Shown here in pieces: positions 28,601 to 42,866 of a stretch of DNA of 64,000 nucleotides. The DNA comes from Octopus vulgaris (taxonomy: Eukaryota). Position 1 is the stretch's first letter; each line of letters begins with the position of its first letter. The DNA lies in NCBI GenBank assembly GCA_951406725.2, contig OX597816.1:51708001-51772000 (forward strand), given 5' to 3'. The translations under genes were made by a program, and so were the position numbers. The notes under the pieces are model-generated. The model did no database searches and had not been told where the DNA came from. It worked only from the letters and a program-made list of their open reading frames with translations.

Positions 28601-29119
28601 AGAATCCTTTTTAATAAGGCAACATAGCAATATAAATAAGAAAGGATATCAGCTTCACCATCTCAGGGCAGGGCAATTTCTTTATCCTGATAAGTCAATC
28701 TAGTGATATAAAATAATGTACATATAATAGTAATATTTAAACATTATATTATATTAAATCACCAAAATATTTTCTGAAATACATGATTAGTATCCCACCT
28801 GTTTCCTGTCCCATTGTGCTATAATTATTCTTTGACCACACTCTAGACAGAGTAATGTGAAATTATACGTGAAATTATATGTGATATTATATGTGAAACT
28901 AGTAGCATCAGCAGATATGCTCCAATCCTGCACTCGGTGTGTTCTTACGGAGAATCGCTGTTTCGAACTTCGAAATAAAACTTACAAGATTTGATGACAC
29001 GAGCTATGACTGCAAAAGACCACTGTCTATTTCCATAGCATTGCGCCGGAAATCTGTGATATTAGTTATGAAGGAGCAGCATTTACCGTTGAAATTCCTA
29101 CTTTCCTTGTGTAAGGATA

Positions 29120-29637
29120 TGTGATAATAGTTCTGCCGGGTTTAGAATATTGATAAATTCAAACGAGAGCAGTGCCCTCTTATCCTTATGTTGTGTGGAC
29201 GTCCCCAGACGATGGGTAGGCTGGTCCAATACATATAAATAGTGGACGTGATAGCTAGTCGTGTAGAAGCATCACGTAGAGCGAGCAGGAGCCGTCGGTA
29301 GTCGAGTCGTCGGAAGTGAGAGTTCGGTAGTTGAGTAGAGGTACGTTATTGGCGAAGGCACGCCATACGAACGTGCGATATAACACCTTGTAAAGTGTGT
29401 ACAGAACAGGAGCACATCATATATTGTTGACATGCTGGGCACCGGCATTGGCGATTCAGAAGATATCCCGATAAGGCAACCCTGTAGAGTCTTTATATTT
29501 CTTATGTACATTTCTGAAAATATATTCGAACTGGTTTGCTAGGTTGTTTGCTTCGGGGTGTAAGCCGGGATTATGTATATGTGTGTGGTGGTAACGGTGA
29601 GGGTAATAGTGTGTCATACTTAATACAAGATACCACA
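29120..29637 (+). mobile_element. Possible solo LTR
   Basis: GC-richer block with TGTGATA...TACCACA termini and a TATAAATA box at ~29234; no TSD seen. Confidence 0.4.
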
Positions 29638-29735
29638 CTTTAACACCTATATTAGCTTAGTCTTATTTTGTATCAGCGCATAATGCTTGGCCGTTTCCTT
29701 TAGAATGCATTTTACACATACACACCCGCCTCTTC

Positions 29736-29795
<60 letters not shown>

Positions 29796-29836
29796 GTGTA
29801 TGCAAGCCCATACACATATACAATCACACACACATA

Positions 29837-29879
<43 letters not shown>

Positions 29880-30129
29880 AATTCAATGCATGTACGTGTA
29901 CATAAATTTGGAGGCATACAATGTATATCAAACGATTTACAGCTAGTAATTTCAATATTTGTGAAATGACAATTCAACGGCTTTACTTTTTTTTATTTTC
30001 ACCCTCAATGGATCTCATGAAAAGTACAAGTAACGACAATATGTATATCTACATATATATGTATACATATACATATATGTGTGTGTACATGTGTGTTTAT
30101 ATGTATGATTATATATATATTTATACATA

Positions 30130-30227
<98 letters not shown>

Positions 30228-30791
30228 CCTTTTTTTATCCTGCTTACGTCGGAATTCTGTCGTTAACATTTCCCCAACACAAAAGTTAAGCAATTTACCA
30301 CTGAATGTATACAGATTTCTATTAGTCCAATTTATAAATAAAATATGACTAAATTTTTTAACAATACACGAATACTTTCAAACTTTTTCAAAGCACTTAT
30401 AAAGACAATTTTTTCAGAAATTCCATGAGCTATAGTCTCTGTTCCAGCATTGTAACCTACATCAAATATAAAAAAAAAACTTTATTCATTTTTCTGGTAA
30501 AAAGTTACTCATATATGGTACTTTATAGCATTCGTTGATCGAAAAGAAAATAAAAGATCGAAACGTTACGTGCTTTATTGTGACTTTTAGTGCTGACATT
30601 TTTACCGTATTCAAATCATATATGATAATATATATCATGATATACAAAGGATATTTTTGTTTGTCTGGCTAAAAATCAATCTAGAGATGCTCTGCGCTCT
30701 CTGTCTCCCACTCTCTCTATCTTTCTCCTCACCCTTCCACCCTTGCTCTCTCTTGGCCTCACCTCTCTCTCTCTTTCTCTCTCTTTCTCTG

Positions 30792-30858
<67 letters not shown>

Positions 30859-30887
30859 ATTTATATATATTCATACATATATGTGTG

Positions 30888-30931
<44 letters not shown>

Positions 30932-31225
30932 TATACACACACACATTTATGTATATATATTATATATATAATTTATATTTAGATATACACACATGTATAT
31001 AGATATGTGTATATCTATATACATATATACATATATGCACACATATAAATATATGCATATGCATCTACAATATGTATGTGTGTGTGTGTATATATATATA
31101 CAGAAAGAGAGGGAGGGCCAGAGACAGAAATAGGACGGGATACGTACACGTATATGAACGTATGTTTGTATGCTTGTATGTGTATATAGATAGTTAGATA
31201 CAATGATAGATGTTCATATATACAT

Positions 31226-31302
<77 letters not shown>

Positions 31303-31726
31303 AATGTATAGAATGTTATGTAAAATGCGTTAGTAAGTATGGTGTAGATAATACTCATTTTCTACGGTTTGATATTTTTGTCTCTCCTCTTTTCATACAC
31401 AACAATAATATTCACTCAGAAACTAGCTTCTCTCTCGCCCTGGCATAGAAGTTATTATAATGCTACGAAAAACGTTTATATCTCACGATGATAAAAGATG
31501 GCCCCGAAATTCCATTGCGCTTGTCTTGATAACACAATGGGATCTTCGATTTCTATTATTGTCATTGACTTGGTAGGCGGTTTCGTTTTATATCATATTA
31601 ACAAACCATTTACTAAGTTTTGGATTGGATTCTTTACGTACAAAGCTCATTTTATGTTTATTGGACGTCTAGAAAAATTTTGTACATGTATTTGTACGCC
31701 TGTATACATACATTATATATATATAT

Positions 31727-32110
31727 CTTTCTGTTAGTTGTTTCGGTAATATGACTGCGATCATGCTGGAGAACAGCCTTTAGTCGAGCAAATTTCCGCC
31801 GGGACTTATTCTTTGTAAGCTTAGTACTTATTCTATCAGTCTCTTTGTCCAACCGCTAAGTTACGGAGACGTAAACACACCAACATCTGTTTTTAAGCGA
31901 TGGCTGCGGGACAAACATGCACACATACGCACAAATATATGTATGTACGACGGGTTTCTTCTAAATTCCGTGTATTAAATCCATTCACAAGGCTTTGGTC
32001 GGCCCGAAACTATATTAGAAGACACTTGCCCGAGTTACCACGCAATGGGACTGAACGCGGAACTATGTGGTTGAAAAGCAAGCTTCTTGCGACAGAGCCA
32101 CGCTTGCGCC
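31727..32110 (-). mobile_element. SINE family A
   Basis: Reverse complement of the 21571-22000 element, more diverged. Confidence 0.9.
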
Positions 32111-32489
32111 CGCACAAATCAGAAACGTTGCACGTTTCCTCTTATAACACAAGGAAAGTACATAGCGTAGGCGTCAGTATAAATAAAAGGTTTCTTACAA
32201 ATAATGTAACAAATATTTATAAGAAATCCGGGAATGGGACTTGCAGTTCTATCAATCTAGAAGCAAAAGATTTTGTAGGAAAACCCAATAAATATAATAG
32301 GGTGGAATATCTGTGTAGGGTCTCTCACAAATATAAGGATATAGTATAAGGATATAGTGAGAGGTTGGTCTTTTATTTTGAGATGTATGGGTATATATAC
32401 ATTACATGCATGCACACGTAGGACATCCATCTATATATACAGACATTTGAACAGGGGGTACATAAATGCAATGATGGGTGTTTATGGAT

Positions 32490-32511
32490 GTTTTATCATC
32501 ATCTTCATCAC

Positions 32512-32548
<37 letters not shown>

Positions 32549-32725
32549 TTCACCATCATCGTCATCACCATCATCATCATTGTCATCATCATCGTCATCA
32601 ACATCATCATCAACATCATCCTAATCGTGGTCATCGTGATCATTGTGGTCATCATCATTATCGTCGTCGTTGTCGCCGTCATCATCATCATCATCATCAT
32701 CGTCGTCCTCTTCATCAATATCATA
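32490..32725. repeat. Imperfect (CAT)n trinucleotide repeat
   Basis: Direct reading; source of the poly-His/Ile/Met ORFs. Confidence 0.97.
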
Positions 32726-32934
32726 TAACATTTTCTCATGCTGGTATGCAGAGGAAGAGTCCCCTCACTCCCTACAATTTTATCTGTGAAAGTATTTCTC
32801 TCACAGACCGGTTGGAGTGACCCACTCCGCTGCTCAAATAACATCCTGTAATCTCATTCCTTATTTTATCGTGTTTTATACCTCTCTCTCTCTCTCTCCT
32901 CTTCCTATCTCTCTGTCTCCCCTATCTCTCTCAA

Positions 32935-32973
<39 letters not shown>

Positions 32974-33248
32974 GCTTGTCTCTTTATATCTTTGTTCACA
33001 GACAGACAAAGGCCCTACAAAGGCCGACAAACGGTAATTGATGTTTAGTGTTTGTTATATACATCCTGAATTTATTATTTTTGCAAAATGTACGATACTC
33101 TTCAACATAAAAGTAGTAATTATCTCTTTAATTTTCACTGTTTGATTTGCCTAATAGTGGTTTTATCTCTAATTTAATTTATATTTATACTGTGAAATTA
33201 GATTTAATCCTAAATCTAATTTTTCCCTGTAAGTTTGGATTCACTCCC

Positions 33249-33323
<75 letters not shown>

Positions 33324-34232
33324 ATATATATATATATATTTCGGAGGGAGAGAGAGAGAAATGTCTAAAAGGGCCGTAGCCTGAGCCACCTCTCGTGCCT
33401 TCACGGTGCAATCTCGTCCAATAGATGCATGTTTGCGTTATCCATTTCTTCATATCATCACACCGTCTTCGTCGGATTTAGCCTCAAGTTCATCATTCAT
33501 CCACTCGGCACACAGCACAAAATGCCTACAAACTTGAGGGAGTTGATAGCTCATGGCTAGGTATGGTCATAAACATTATGATATGTATCCATTTTATCCA
33601 AGGAGGAAATAAGACCTTAGGAGTAGTCAGTTGGATATGAGTAACTATGTATAAAAAACGGTATGGTAGGGGTAGACTTTAAATCATGATATTAATTACC
33701 AGTTAAAGGGGCAAGATGCTAAGAAACCTAAGATGTTAATACAGAGGAAATAATATCTAAGGGCAGAATGGATATTTGTTTATAAACTATATCGTTATGC
33801 TGTATAAAAATAAAATTTAAGAATTTCAGAAATGATATAATCAAAATAGGTAAAAGGTGAGTATATATGTATTATAAACATTAAAAAGGAGAATTACATA
33901 GAATCATTTTCATATTCATTTATGTACTTAATTACTTATTAGGTGGGTTGTATAAATACTAATCAGGGCATTTACTTATGGAATAACTGGGAAGATATAC
34001 ATGCTATCTATTAATTATAAGCCATGAATGAGTAAAATGTAAAGCTGCATACAGATCCCCACGCATTTATATATTTGTGCATATATGCATATATACATAT
34101 ACACAAATATTTATACGTTTATATGAATATAGTATAACTATTTCGCATAGATTTAAGTGAAAAATATCTATTTAAGAACAAGAGAAATTATATTAATATG
34201 TCCTACTTTTTAAAATTCCATATATTTATTTG

Positions 34233-34318
34233 TGCAGCTGAAGATGGCATTATATTTAAATTGATGTAATTATTGCATTGTTCAATTAAATGGAGCCTCT
34301 TGAAACGATCATACTGCA
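34233..34318 (+). ncRNA. Degenerate hammerhead motif with long stem II loop, probable PLE 3' end
   Basis: TGCAG-CTGAAGA-tGGC...GCC-tctt-GAAAC-GATC-aTA-CTGCA. Stem I is intact and stem III has one mismatch. A microsatellite follows shortly after. Confidence 0.5.
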
Positions 34319-34386
34319 TTACTACTTGCTGTCCTTTAGTTTAATTTGATATGTGTATATGTGTGTGTATGTACATACATATACGT

Positions 34387-34424
34387 AGATAGAGAGATAG
34401 AGAGATAGATAGATAGATAGATAG

Positions 34425-34469
<45 letters not shown>

Positions 34470-34494
34470 TATAGATAGATAGATAGATCGATAT

Positions 34495-34560
<66 letters not shown>

Positions 34561-34750
34561 GTGGGGAGATGATGGAAGGTGTTGGAAAATCTGGGAAGCT
34601 GTGGGGGTTGGCAGGGTTGTGTTTGTGTGCAAAGGGATAGGAGGGTGGGAATTGGTGGTAATGCGTGGGAAAGGATGGGGTGTGGGTGAGTTTTGGGAAG
34701 GAGCACACACGCGCGCACTCACACACCATATATGTATATACACAAGTAGG

Positions 34751-34825
<75 letters not shown>
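34387..34825. repeat. (GATA)n tracts flanking a G-rich insert
   Basis: Direct reading; G-rich segment at 34561-34700. Confidence 0.93.
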
Positions 34826-34826
<1 letters not shown>

Positions 34827-36120
34827 GTCTCTCATCTGTTTATTTAAGAGGTGCGAGTATAATTAGGTTGACAGAAACTGCGTAGAATCCTATGCGACAG
34901 ATCGTTTCTGTAAATAATTGTCCCGTTTTGTGATAGATTACGTAAGGCTAGTTCTACACGAGAATACTTTATATTGTCAGGTCAAATCCTGCTGTGCTTA
35001 GTTTTTACTTTTCTCCGATTCATGCCAGTTAAGCTAAAGTACCAGTTATGTAATGTGTATAAGGATCTCCTCTAAGACCCTCATCTAAAAATTACTAGCC
35101 TTGCACCTATATAAAAATCCATTACTTCGTAAGTAACTCTATTGATGCCGGCGCGATATACATTGAATTTCTTTGTAAATGTACGGACTAAGACGGAGTA
35201 CTTTATGGGTGATGTAGAACAACATATGATCTGGCAAAATGATTCAACGAGATTCTTTCGATTTTTTTTTATTGAATGAATTCACGTAATTTACGATGCT
35301 TTAGTCCTTCAGAACATTTTACGATCCAATAGCCCGTCACTAATAAACCGTTATCAAACTGAAGCTACAGCATTTATTACTTTTTTCTATATTTCTGTAT
35401 ACACACGGCCGTCCAATATTTTCGCCATTTCTTTTATATATTTTTCTTCGATTAATTTCTTGAATTATCAGAGATCTTGATTTGTTTTCGTCACATCATT
35501 CACATAACACTGAACATGTCATTTTGCTGTTACTCCGCTTAATACTATCAGTGATATTTTTTTTTGTTTCTTTTACTTCAAATTTCAATCTTATTTGGTT
35601 TGTTTTCATCTTTTGTTTTATTGTTATTTTATGTGTATACAAATTTCTTTCTGACAAATCTGCCATTTATCGTTGTTCACAGCAGAGTTACTTTTATCTT
35701 TGTGTTATAAAGATCTAAAAGTTTAGATCTTACACATTCATAGTTCCCCAATTGTAGGATTACTATTATCTTTGTGCTATAAAGATCAAGAACTTTAGAA
35801 GTTATTCACTCATAGTGTTCTGCTTACTGGATTACGGCCAAACGTTACTGTTTTGCTGGATTCAATGACCTCGTTTCTTTCGTATTCACTCTTTGTGCCA
35901 TTAAAAATACGCCTTGACGCAGTATTTTCTGTACCTCTTAATTAAACATTATTATGATGTGTGTAGGTCTTTTTTGTTACTGCAGAGTCAATAAACAACA
36001 ACAGATTAGAAACAATATTAGAGCGCGATAGTATTATTTGAGGAGATACAGTTTTAGCTTAACAAGAAGTAATTTTACTTTATATTTATCTGTAGAATTC
36101 TAGAAGTACGTTGACCGTAG

Positions 36121-36529
36121 TCTTTTACTCTTTTACTTGTTTCAGTAATTTGACTGCGGCCTTGCTGGAGCACAGCCTTTAGTCTAGCAAATCGACACCA
36201 GGACCAATTCTTTGTAAGCGTGGTACTTATTCTATCGGTCTCTTTTGCCGAACCGCTAATGTTACGGGGACGTAAACACACGAGCATCGGTTGTCAAGCG
36301 ATATTGGGCGGAAAACAAACACAGATACACAAAACGTATACACACATATACATATACATATATATACGACGGGCTTCTTTCAGTTTCCGTCTACGAAATC
36401 CACTCACAAGGCTTTGGTCGACCCGAGGCTATAGTAGAAGACATTTGCCCAGGGTGCCGCGCAGTGGGTCTGAACCCGGAACCATGTGGTAGGTGAGCAA
36501 GGTACTTAGCACACAGCCACTCCTGCGCC
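36121..36529 (-). mobile_element. SINE family A, full length
   Basis: Runs from ggcgcaggagtggctgtgtg to gaaacaagtaaaagagtaaaaga on the minus strand. Confidence 0.94.
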
Positions 36530-36538
36530 AAAAAGAAA

Positions 36539-36621
36539 TAGCACGAGTGGGGTTCGAACCCACGCGGACACTTGTCCATTGGAACTTAAGTCCAACGCCT
36601 TAACCACTCGACCGTCGTGTT
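36539..36621 (-). tRNA. tRNA-Leu(TAA), possibly a pseudogene
   Basis: 83-nt cloverleaf: anticodon arm TTGGA-CT TAA GT-TCCAA, long variable arm, T arm GTGGG-TTCGAAC-CCCAC, acceptor 3' TCGTGCT-A, then TTTCTTTTT. Defects: A2.C71 mismatch, C at invariant U8, and a D-stem G-U pair. Confidence 0.9.
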
Positions 36622-37209
36622 GCTTGTGATACACTTTCAAAATGTTGTCTGCTTTGCAATATCAATTCTGAGCGGAGCAGGCAGTTTCTACTATTTAACA
36701 TTTGTAACTACCTCTAACAGAGAAACGTGATAGAATATCGAAGATAGTGATTCTATTTAAATACAACCTTATATGTTAAAGATATCAATATAATTCTAGT
36801 TATTCAGCCATTCGTTTCACCTGTGAATATAATATATTGTTTTGTTTTCTAGAATGTTACACAAACGACTATGATTCAATTTGTCGATTAGATTTCTAAG
36901 ATAGTAGGACAGAATATTTGGTTCTTGTACATAGTTTACCGAATAAGTGCATATAGGAAAACTTCGTTGGCTTCTGCGTGTATCATAATATACGATACTC
37001 ATTGTAGTTCCAAGAGCATAGGTAAAAATATAGACCTTGAGCATATATTGTTAATCTTTCATACATGCATACAAAAAGTCAACTTTACTTATCGATTTGC
37101 AAGAATTTGGGCTGGATTGTCATGAAAATTTTGATTATGTTGAATCTGAGTTTTGATTTAAAACCCTTCTTCTTCATTTCAGGTGTGAAATGAACCACTG
37201 TGATTTAGT

Positions 37210-38276
37210 TATGGATATAAGATCAGAAGGAAGGACGTGCTGTAATGATCCGAATATTTTCTGTTACGTCTATGGAAACTTCATTCCACAGGCTCAACGG
37301 TGAAACAATAATTTTGTCAAGAAGGCGTATCTTGCTTGCTTTAAATTAAAACTTGGAGACCAGGACAAAACCTAGGCTCCCACAACGTTTGCAAAACTTC
37401 TGTAGAAATTTGATGTGATGAAACAATTCATCAAAGCTTTATATGAGAATGGAGACTGCTTCAGCTATATATGTACAACCTTTTTAAGTCTCAGTAACTA
37501 GAAGAGGAAGGTAAGAATATTTGATGGATCTCTTATAAGAACACTTCTCAGGGATCCACATTTTGTTAGAATAATATGTGCGGCGGAGTCTAGAGCTTAG
37601 AATAAATTCTCTGGCGTGTTGCGGAATTTCCCTTGGAACAGGAGAGCTGACAACTATTAAGAGATTGTGGCGGAGCTGCTCCTGAGTTTGCAAGCACTTG
37701 TATGTAGAATGGTATTAAATTGCACTACTTACACGGTCATTTGGGAGAGTTTCCAGATGTTAGCGAAAAATAATATGGAGACTTTCATCAAGATGTAAAA
37801 GTAATGGAAAAAAGCTAATAAGACCGATGGAACTTTAACAGGATTGAAGATTACAGCTGGAGCTTGGTGAGAGATATTCCAGAAACTGCGTACAAGAGAT
37901 CGTCAAAAACGAGAGGGAGTTCTTGCGGTAATAAATGATCAGTGTGAATGACCACAACGAATAGAGGTTTTGAATTTATATTTTGTTATAACCAGTCTCA
38001 GTTCTTACATGCTAATGTGCAATTACTCCCAAAATTTTGTGTTTTGATCTATTAGATAGAAAAATATGACATATTGTCTACTAAACATTGTATCTACGTA
38101 TGCGTAATTCTTCCTTCATGGGCATTAAATAGTTGTTTCTAACAAAACTAAAAGATTTCATATTTCAAAAATATGATGAGATTGTGAAAATCTGATGCCA
38201 GATTTGAATTCAGCACCCCAAAGTTAGCTAAAAACCATTAATAAAATTTGTGCCTAAAAATATATGTTAACTAGTG
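37210..38276 (+). mobile_element. Decayed DNA transposon, Chapaev3-like (CMC)
   Basis: Remnants RTCCNDPNIFCYV, LKLGDQDKT*APHNVCK, MKQFIKAL and HYLHGHL...FHQDVKVME...W...DYSWSL; right terminus ...CTAGTG. Left end not located. Confidence 0.7.
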
Positions 38277-39381
38277 TTATATATTTGAAAAAAATTAATA
38301 AAAATCGGTTTTCAATTAATTGCACCACTTTAATAATTAGATGTTTCTAAGTTTATAAAGACTGGGGAAATTATCAGAAAAACTATTTCTATACATGTTT
38401 TCAGATAGATAGATAGAAACATACATACATATAGATATTCAATGAATATTTCATCTGTCTCGTTCGGTATATGTGTGTATAGGAGTGTACACATGTATGC
38501 ATACCTTAACACTTTCGATAAAACAACAAATGTTTGTCAGACTGCTATATAGTTTAATTAGAAAATATTTTATAGTTTTTCAGCCAATAACTCGTAAAAA
38601 TTATGAAATATCATCCTGGCACACGTCTTCACAATGTGTAAATTTGATTTTTGAGTAATAAAACTAAATATTTTTCATGAAGTCACCAGGTATTTATCGT
38701 ATCCTCTGGGGAAAATCAGTGGAAATGTGTGAGAAAGTATGCAGGTTGTTTTCTATTTCACAAATTTTTCCAAAATATTTTTTCTAATACAGGCACTACT
38801 TAATCTCTCTATCGATCTATCTATCTATCTATTTCTCTCGCTTTCCCTTTCTCCCTCTCTCCTTTCCTCTACGTCTCTCTCTTTCACTCTCTATGTCTTT
38901 CATTTTATTGCTCGCTATATATATTTTATTTCGTCTTGCATTCTGGGCCAACATATATTTGTTTCTTTATTTAATAGTTATGCACTTGAGTGCACTGACT
39001 GTGTCTATGAGAATAACATTTATACCAGAAAAAAATATTATATAATTATTGTAAACAACAAAAATATATTCAGTGTGTAGGTAACAAGCATCCCTAAGAT
39101 TAGAATACTTCAACGTTCCTTAATGCTTACAAAAGATCGTAAAATGTCTGGTTTTATAATAAAACTTCTTTTATTTTCAACATTTGTTTCTGAAAACTTC
39201 TGTGATGATCATATTTTAGTATTTCTCTTACATCACTTTTCAATTTTGTATTTCTATATTTTATTCACATCATGCAAGTATATTAATATTTTCGTATTAT
39301 TATTTCGTAAATTATTCTCGACTGTTTTTTTTTTTTTTGAAATATATAAATATGACTATATTCGTATGAATGTTTGTGTCT

Positions 39382-39421
<40 letters not shown>

Positions 39422-39492
39422 ATGTACAATATGTGTTCGTATTTCTACTTGTATCTTTGCCATTCATACATATATGTATGTACGTGCATGTA

Positions 39493-39562
<70 letters not shown>

Positions 39563-39600
39563 ATAGATAGATAGATAGATATATAGATAGATAGACAGAC

Positions 39601-39665
<65 letters not shown>

Positions 39666-40437
39666 CTGTTTTTATACATTAAAGTTTTCCTAGTTCATAG
39701 TTTTACATTTTATCGCAAAATTTTACTGTTATTAACATTGTTAAATATTACTCTCTCACATCACCGTCAACCATCTTTTCCCCTCCTTCTCATACATTTA
39801 TATTACTACATCTCCTTTCACCTTATTTCGACGTACTTTATTTTTATCGTGACGCCTTGCTTCATTTCTTTTCCACAGAATTCGCATTTTTGTTTGTTAC
39901 TTCATCATAAAATGTATCCGGATATATAAAATCGCATCAGCTACTTAACGACACATGATGCAGGAATATTAATAGACAGTTGTTTTCATACAACTGTCTT
40001 ACTCCGCGAAAGGTTTTCTGACATTAATATTTCATTAAACTGTATAGACATTACCTAAACATTACATTTTATTACTGCATTCGGGAGAATTAACAGCACA
40101 TCGATTGGTTAATTTGAACGGCTGAGTTTTCTGCCTCTTAATAAGTTAGCTTTTGGTACGTAATAAATATCTAGAGAACCAATATAGAGAGATTTCGTCT
40201 GGAATTAATCCTTTCATGTTCTATATACAAGAAGAATTTACTATATTGGTAAAGGTGAAGGACATAAACCTTAGAACATGACTTGAATCATGTTGAAAGC
40301 AAAATATTAGATTTCAAAATTACGTGTGAATGCGATCCAATTTAGTTTGAAAATTTTAAATGTAAAAGAAAGTCGATGCAATTCTTTATTGATTCAGGCT
40401 TTATATAGACACAGGCACACACAGGCACACACACACT

Positions 40438-40504
<67 letters not shown>

Positions 40505-41080
40505 ATACACACACACACTCACTCATATATCTGTGTGTGAATGAATATTTATGTATCTACTATATATACATGTAAAATAAATAACATACATTTTATATAC
40601 TTATACGCACACCAACACATATATGCATGAATGTATGTATGTATGTATGTATGTAGGCTTGTAATGCATATTTAATTATAAATCAAATACAAACACTACT
40701 ACTTATACTTAGTGTTCACTCATGCTTAAGAGAATTTCAGATCAAAACTTTATTTTCTGCTAAATCTCTACCCTGTCTAAATATCTCCCTCTGGACGATT
40801 TACTTGTCCGACCTCTTTTATTTTATCTATCATTATTGCGAATCAGTTGCCACATAACGTAATCTAAAAGTCATTCACAGGAACTGAAAAAGTTAATGAA
40901 GGCATATGTCACATCTTATTGATCCTGTGCAGTTTAGTTAACGATAAGAACTTATTATATCCACGATGATGCATTATTTTAATTCATTCGTTTGTATGCT
41001 TCTGTACGATAGAAGTATATTATTAGTTCCAAAGTTATGTATTAGTAAAACTGATTCCTACACTTTTACAGAAATATTAA

Positions 41081-41564
41081 ATGCGGTGAGCTGTCAGAAT
41101 CATCAGCATGCCGGGCGAAATGATTAGCGGTATTTCGTCTGCCGCTATGTTCTGAGTTCAAATTCCACCGAGGTCGACTTTGCCTTTCATCCTTTCGGGG
41201 TCGATTAAATAAGTACCAGTTACGCACTGGGGTCGATATAATCGACTTAATCCGTTTGTCTGTACTTGTTTGTCCCTTCTGTGTTTAGCCCCTTGTGGGT
41301 AGTAAAGAAATAGGTATTTCGTCAGCCGCTACGTTCTGAGTTCAAATTCCGCCGGGGTCGACTTTGCCTTTCATTCTTTGGGGGGTCGATTAAATAAGTA
41401 CCAGTTACGCACTGGGTTCGATATAATCGACTTAATCCGTTTGTCTGACCTTGTTTGTCTTCTCTGTGTTTAGCCCCTTGTGGGTAGTAAAGAAATAGGT
41501 ATTTCGTCTGCCGTTACGTTCTGAGTTCAAATTCCGCCGAGGTCGACTTTACTTTTCACCCTTT
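41081..41564 (+). mobile_element. SINE family C with internal ~184-bp tandem amplification
   Basis: ggtatttcgtc recurs at 41129, 41313 and 41498. The central gcctttcatcctttcggggtcgat...aagtaccag resembles a MetaSINE-type domain. Confidence 0.9.
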
Positions 41565-42283
41565 GTAAAGTAAATAACTGGAAATTCCATGTAAAAGATA
41601 TGCTAGTTGGGAAGTTTCGAAAGTTTATACAGGATTTAAGTTCTTAATATTAATTATCTTATTTCATATCGTTATATTTCAGGGTAGATATTTTTTTTTT
41701 CTATTTGCCAAATAAACATACGCACAATACATACTTTCTTTACTCGTTTAAGAACAGTAATAAGCAAGTGAGGAACGAATATATTGTGCGTGTGTTTTTT
41801 CGGCAAAAAAAAAAATGACCGTCTCGAAATATAACAATATCAGCATACGGTGTCACATCAGGAATCATGCAAAACAAATTCCTAAACGTACCTTATTTCA
41901 ATAAAATGAAAATGGATGTTTACATATCAAAACAGAGTTAAAGAAAAATACGGACAGAACTAGTATTAAACCACAGGAAGTACTCACCATTACTAACCAA
42001 GCATTCGTTATGAGAACTTGATTCTTTTCATCCTGAAATAATAAAGAATAAGAAATAATGAAATTTAAATTGAAATAAATTTTAAAAGAAAATATCGATA
42101 AACAGAGATTGCGTCAGAAAAATAGACCACAAGACAGACAGATCAACAGACAAGAAGACAGGCATATAGGTAGACAAATAAATTGAGAGAGAAAAAGAGA
42201 GAGGTATGCATCAAAACAACCATACATGCAAATAACCAAACATATGCATGTACATGTCTTATATTAGGGTGGACGTACATATA

Positions 42284-42823
42284 TCTGTATATATAAAAGG
42301 CAGGATGTATGTGTGTGTGTGTGTGCGTGAATGTAGTTTATGCACATCCACAAATTAGCACGCATGTCACTCAAATTTTAGGACATTCGTCACGACCGTA
42401 GCTGTATTTTCGTCAAATTATTTTCGCCCCGAGGCACCAGCGAATAGCGGTAAAAAATAATTTTGAACCATTACTCCTTACAATTTTCAAGTCGGAGAAA
42501 TACAACATCATTTGCGACGGTGTAAAGAGAGGGAGAAAGAAAGAAAACAGATTTTTAACATTTCGTCTTTTTAGTGAGTGATTGACAGGCGAAAACAGAC
42601 AGACAGGCGTTGTTATGTATGCATGTATGTATGTGTGAATGGTTTCAGTCTCACACACACACACACATACACGAACATGTATGCGTACAAAACACATGTA
42701 TGCAATATGTGTTTGTGTGTGTCTGTGTGTGTGTGTATGTGTTGCCCATATATCTATCTACCAATCTATATATATATATATATATATATATATAACAACG
42801 CCTGTCTGTCTGTTTTCGCCTGT

Positions 42824-42866
<43 letters not shown>

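Noticed and set aside
32357-32844. Poly-His/Ile/Met ORFs
   Set aside because: Frames of a (CAT)n repeat with no flanking domain or splice support.
33000-33040. ggcc-loop-ggcc followed by gacaaacggta
   Set aside because: Neither core half matches well enough to call a ribozyme.
41081-41564. CRISPR-like regular repeats
   Set aside because: Whole 184-bp units repeat with no unique spacers; eukaryotic SINE context and no cas genes.
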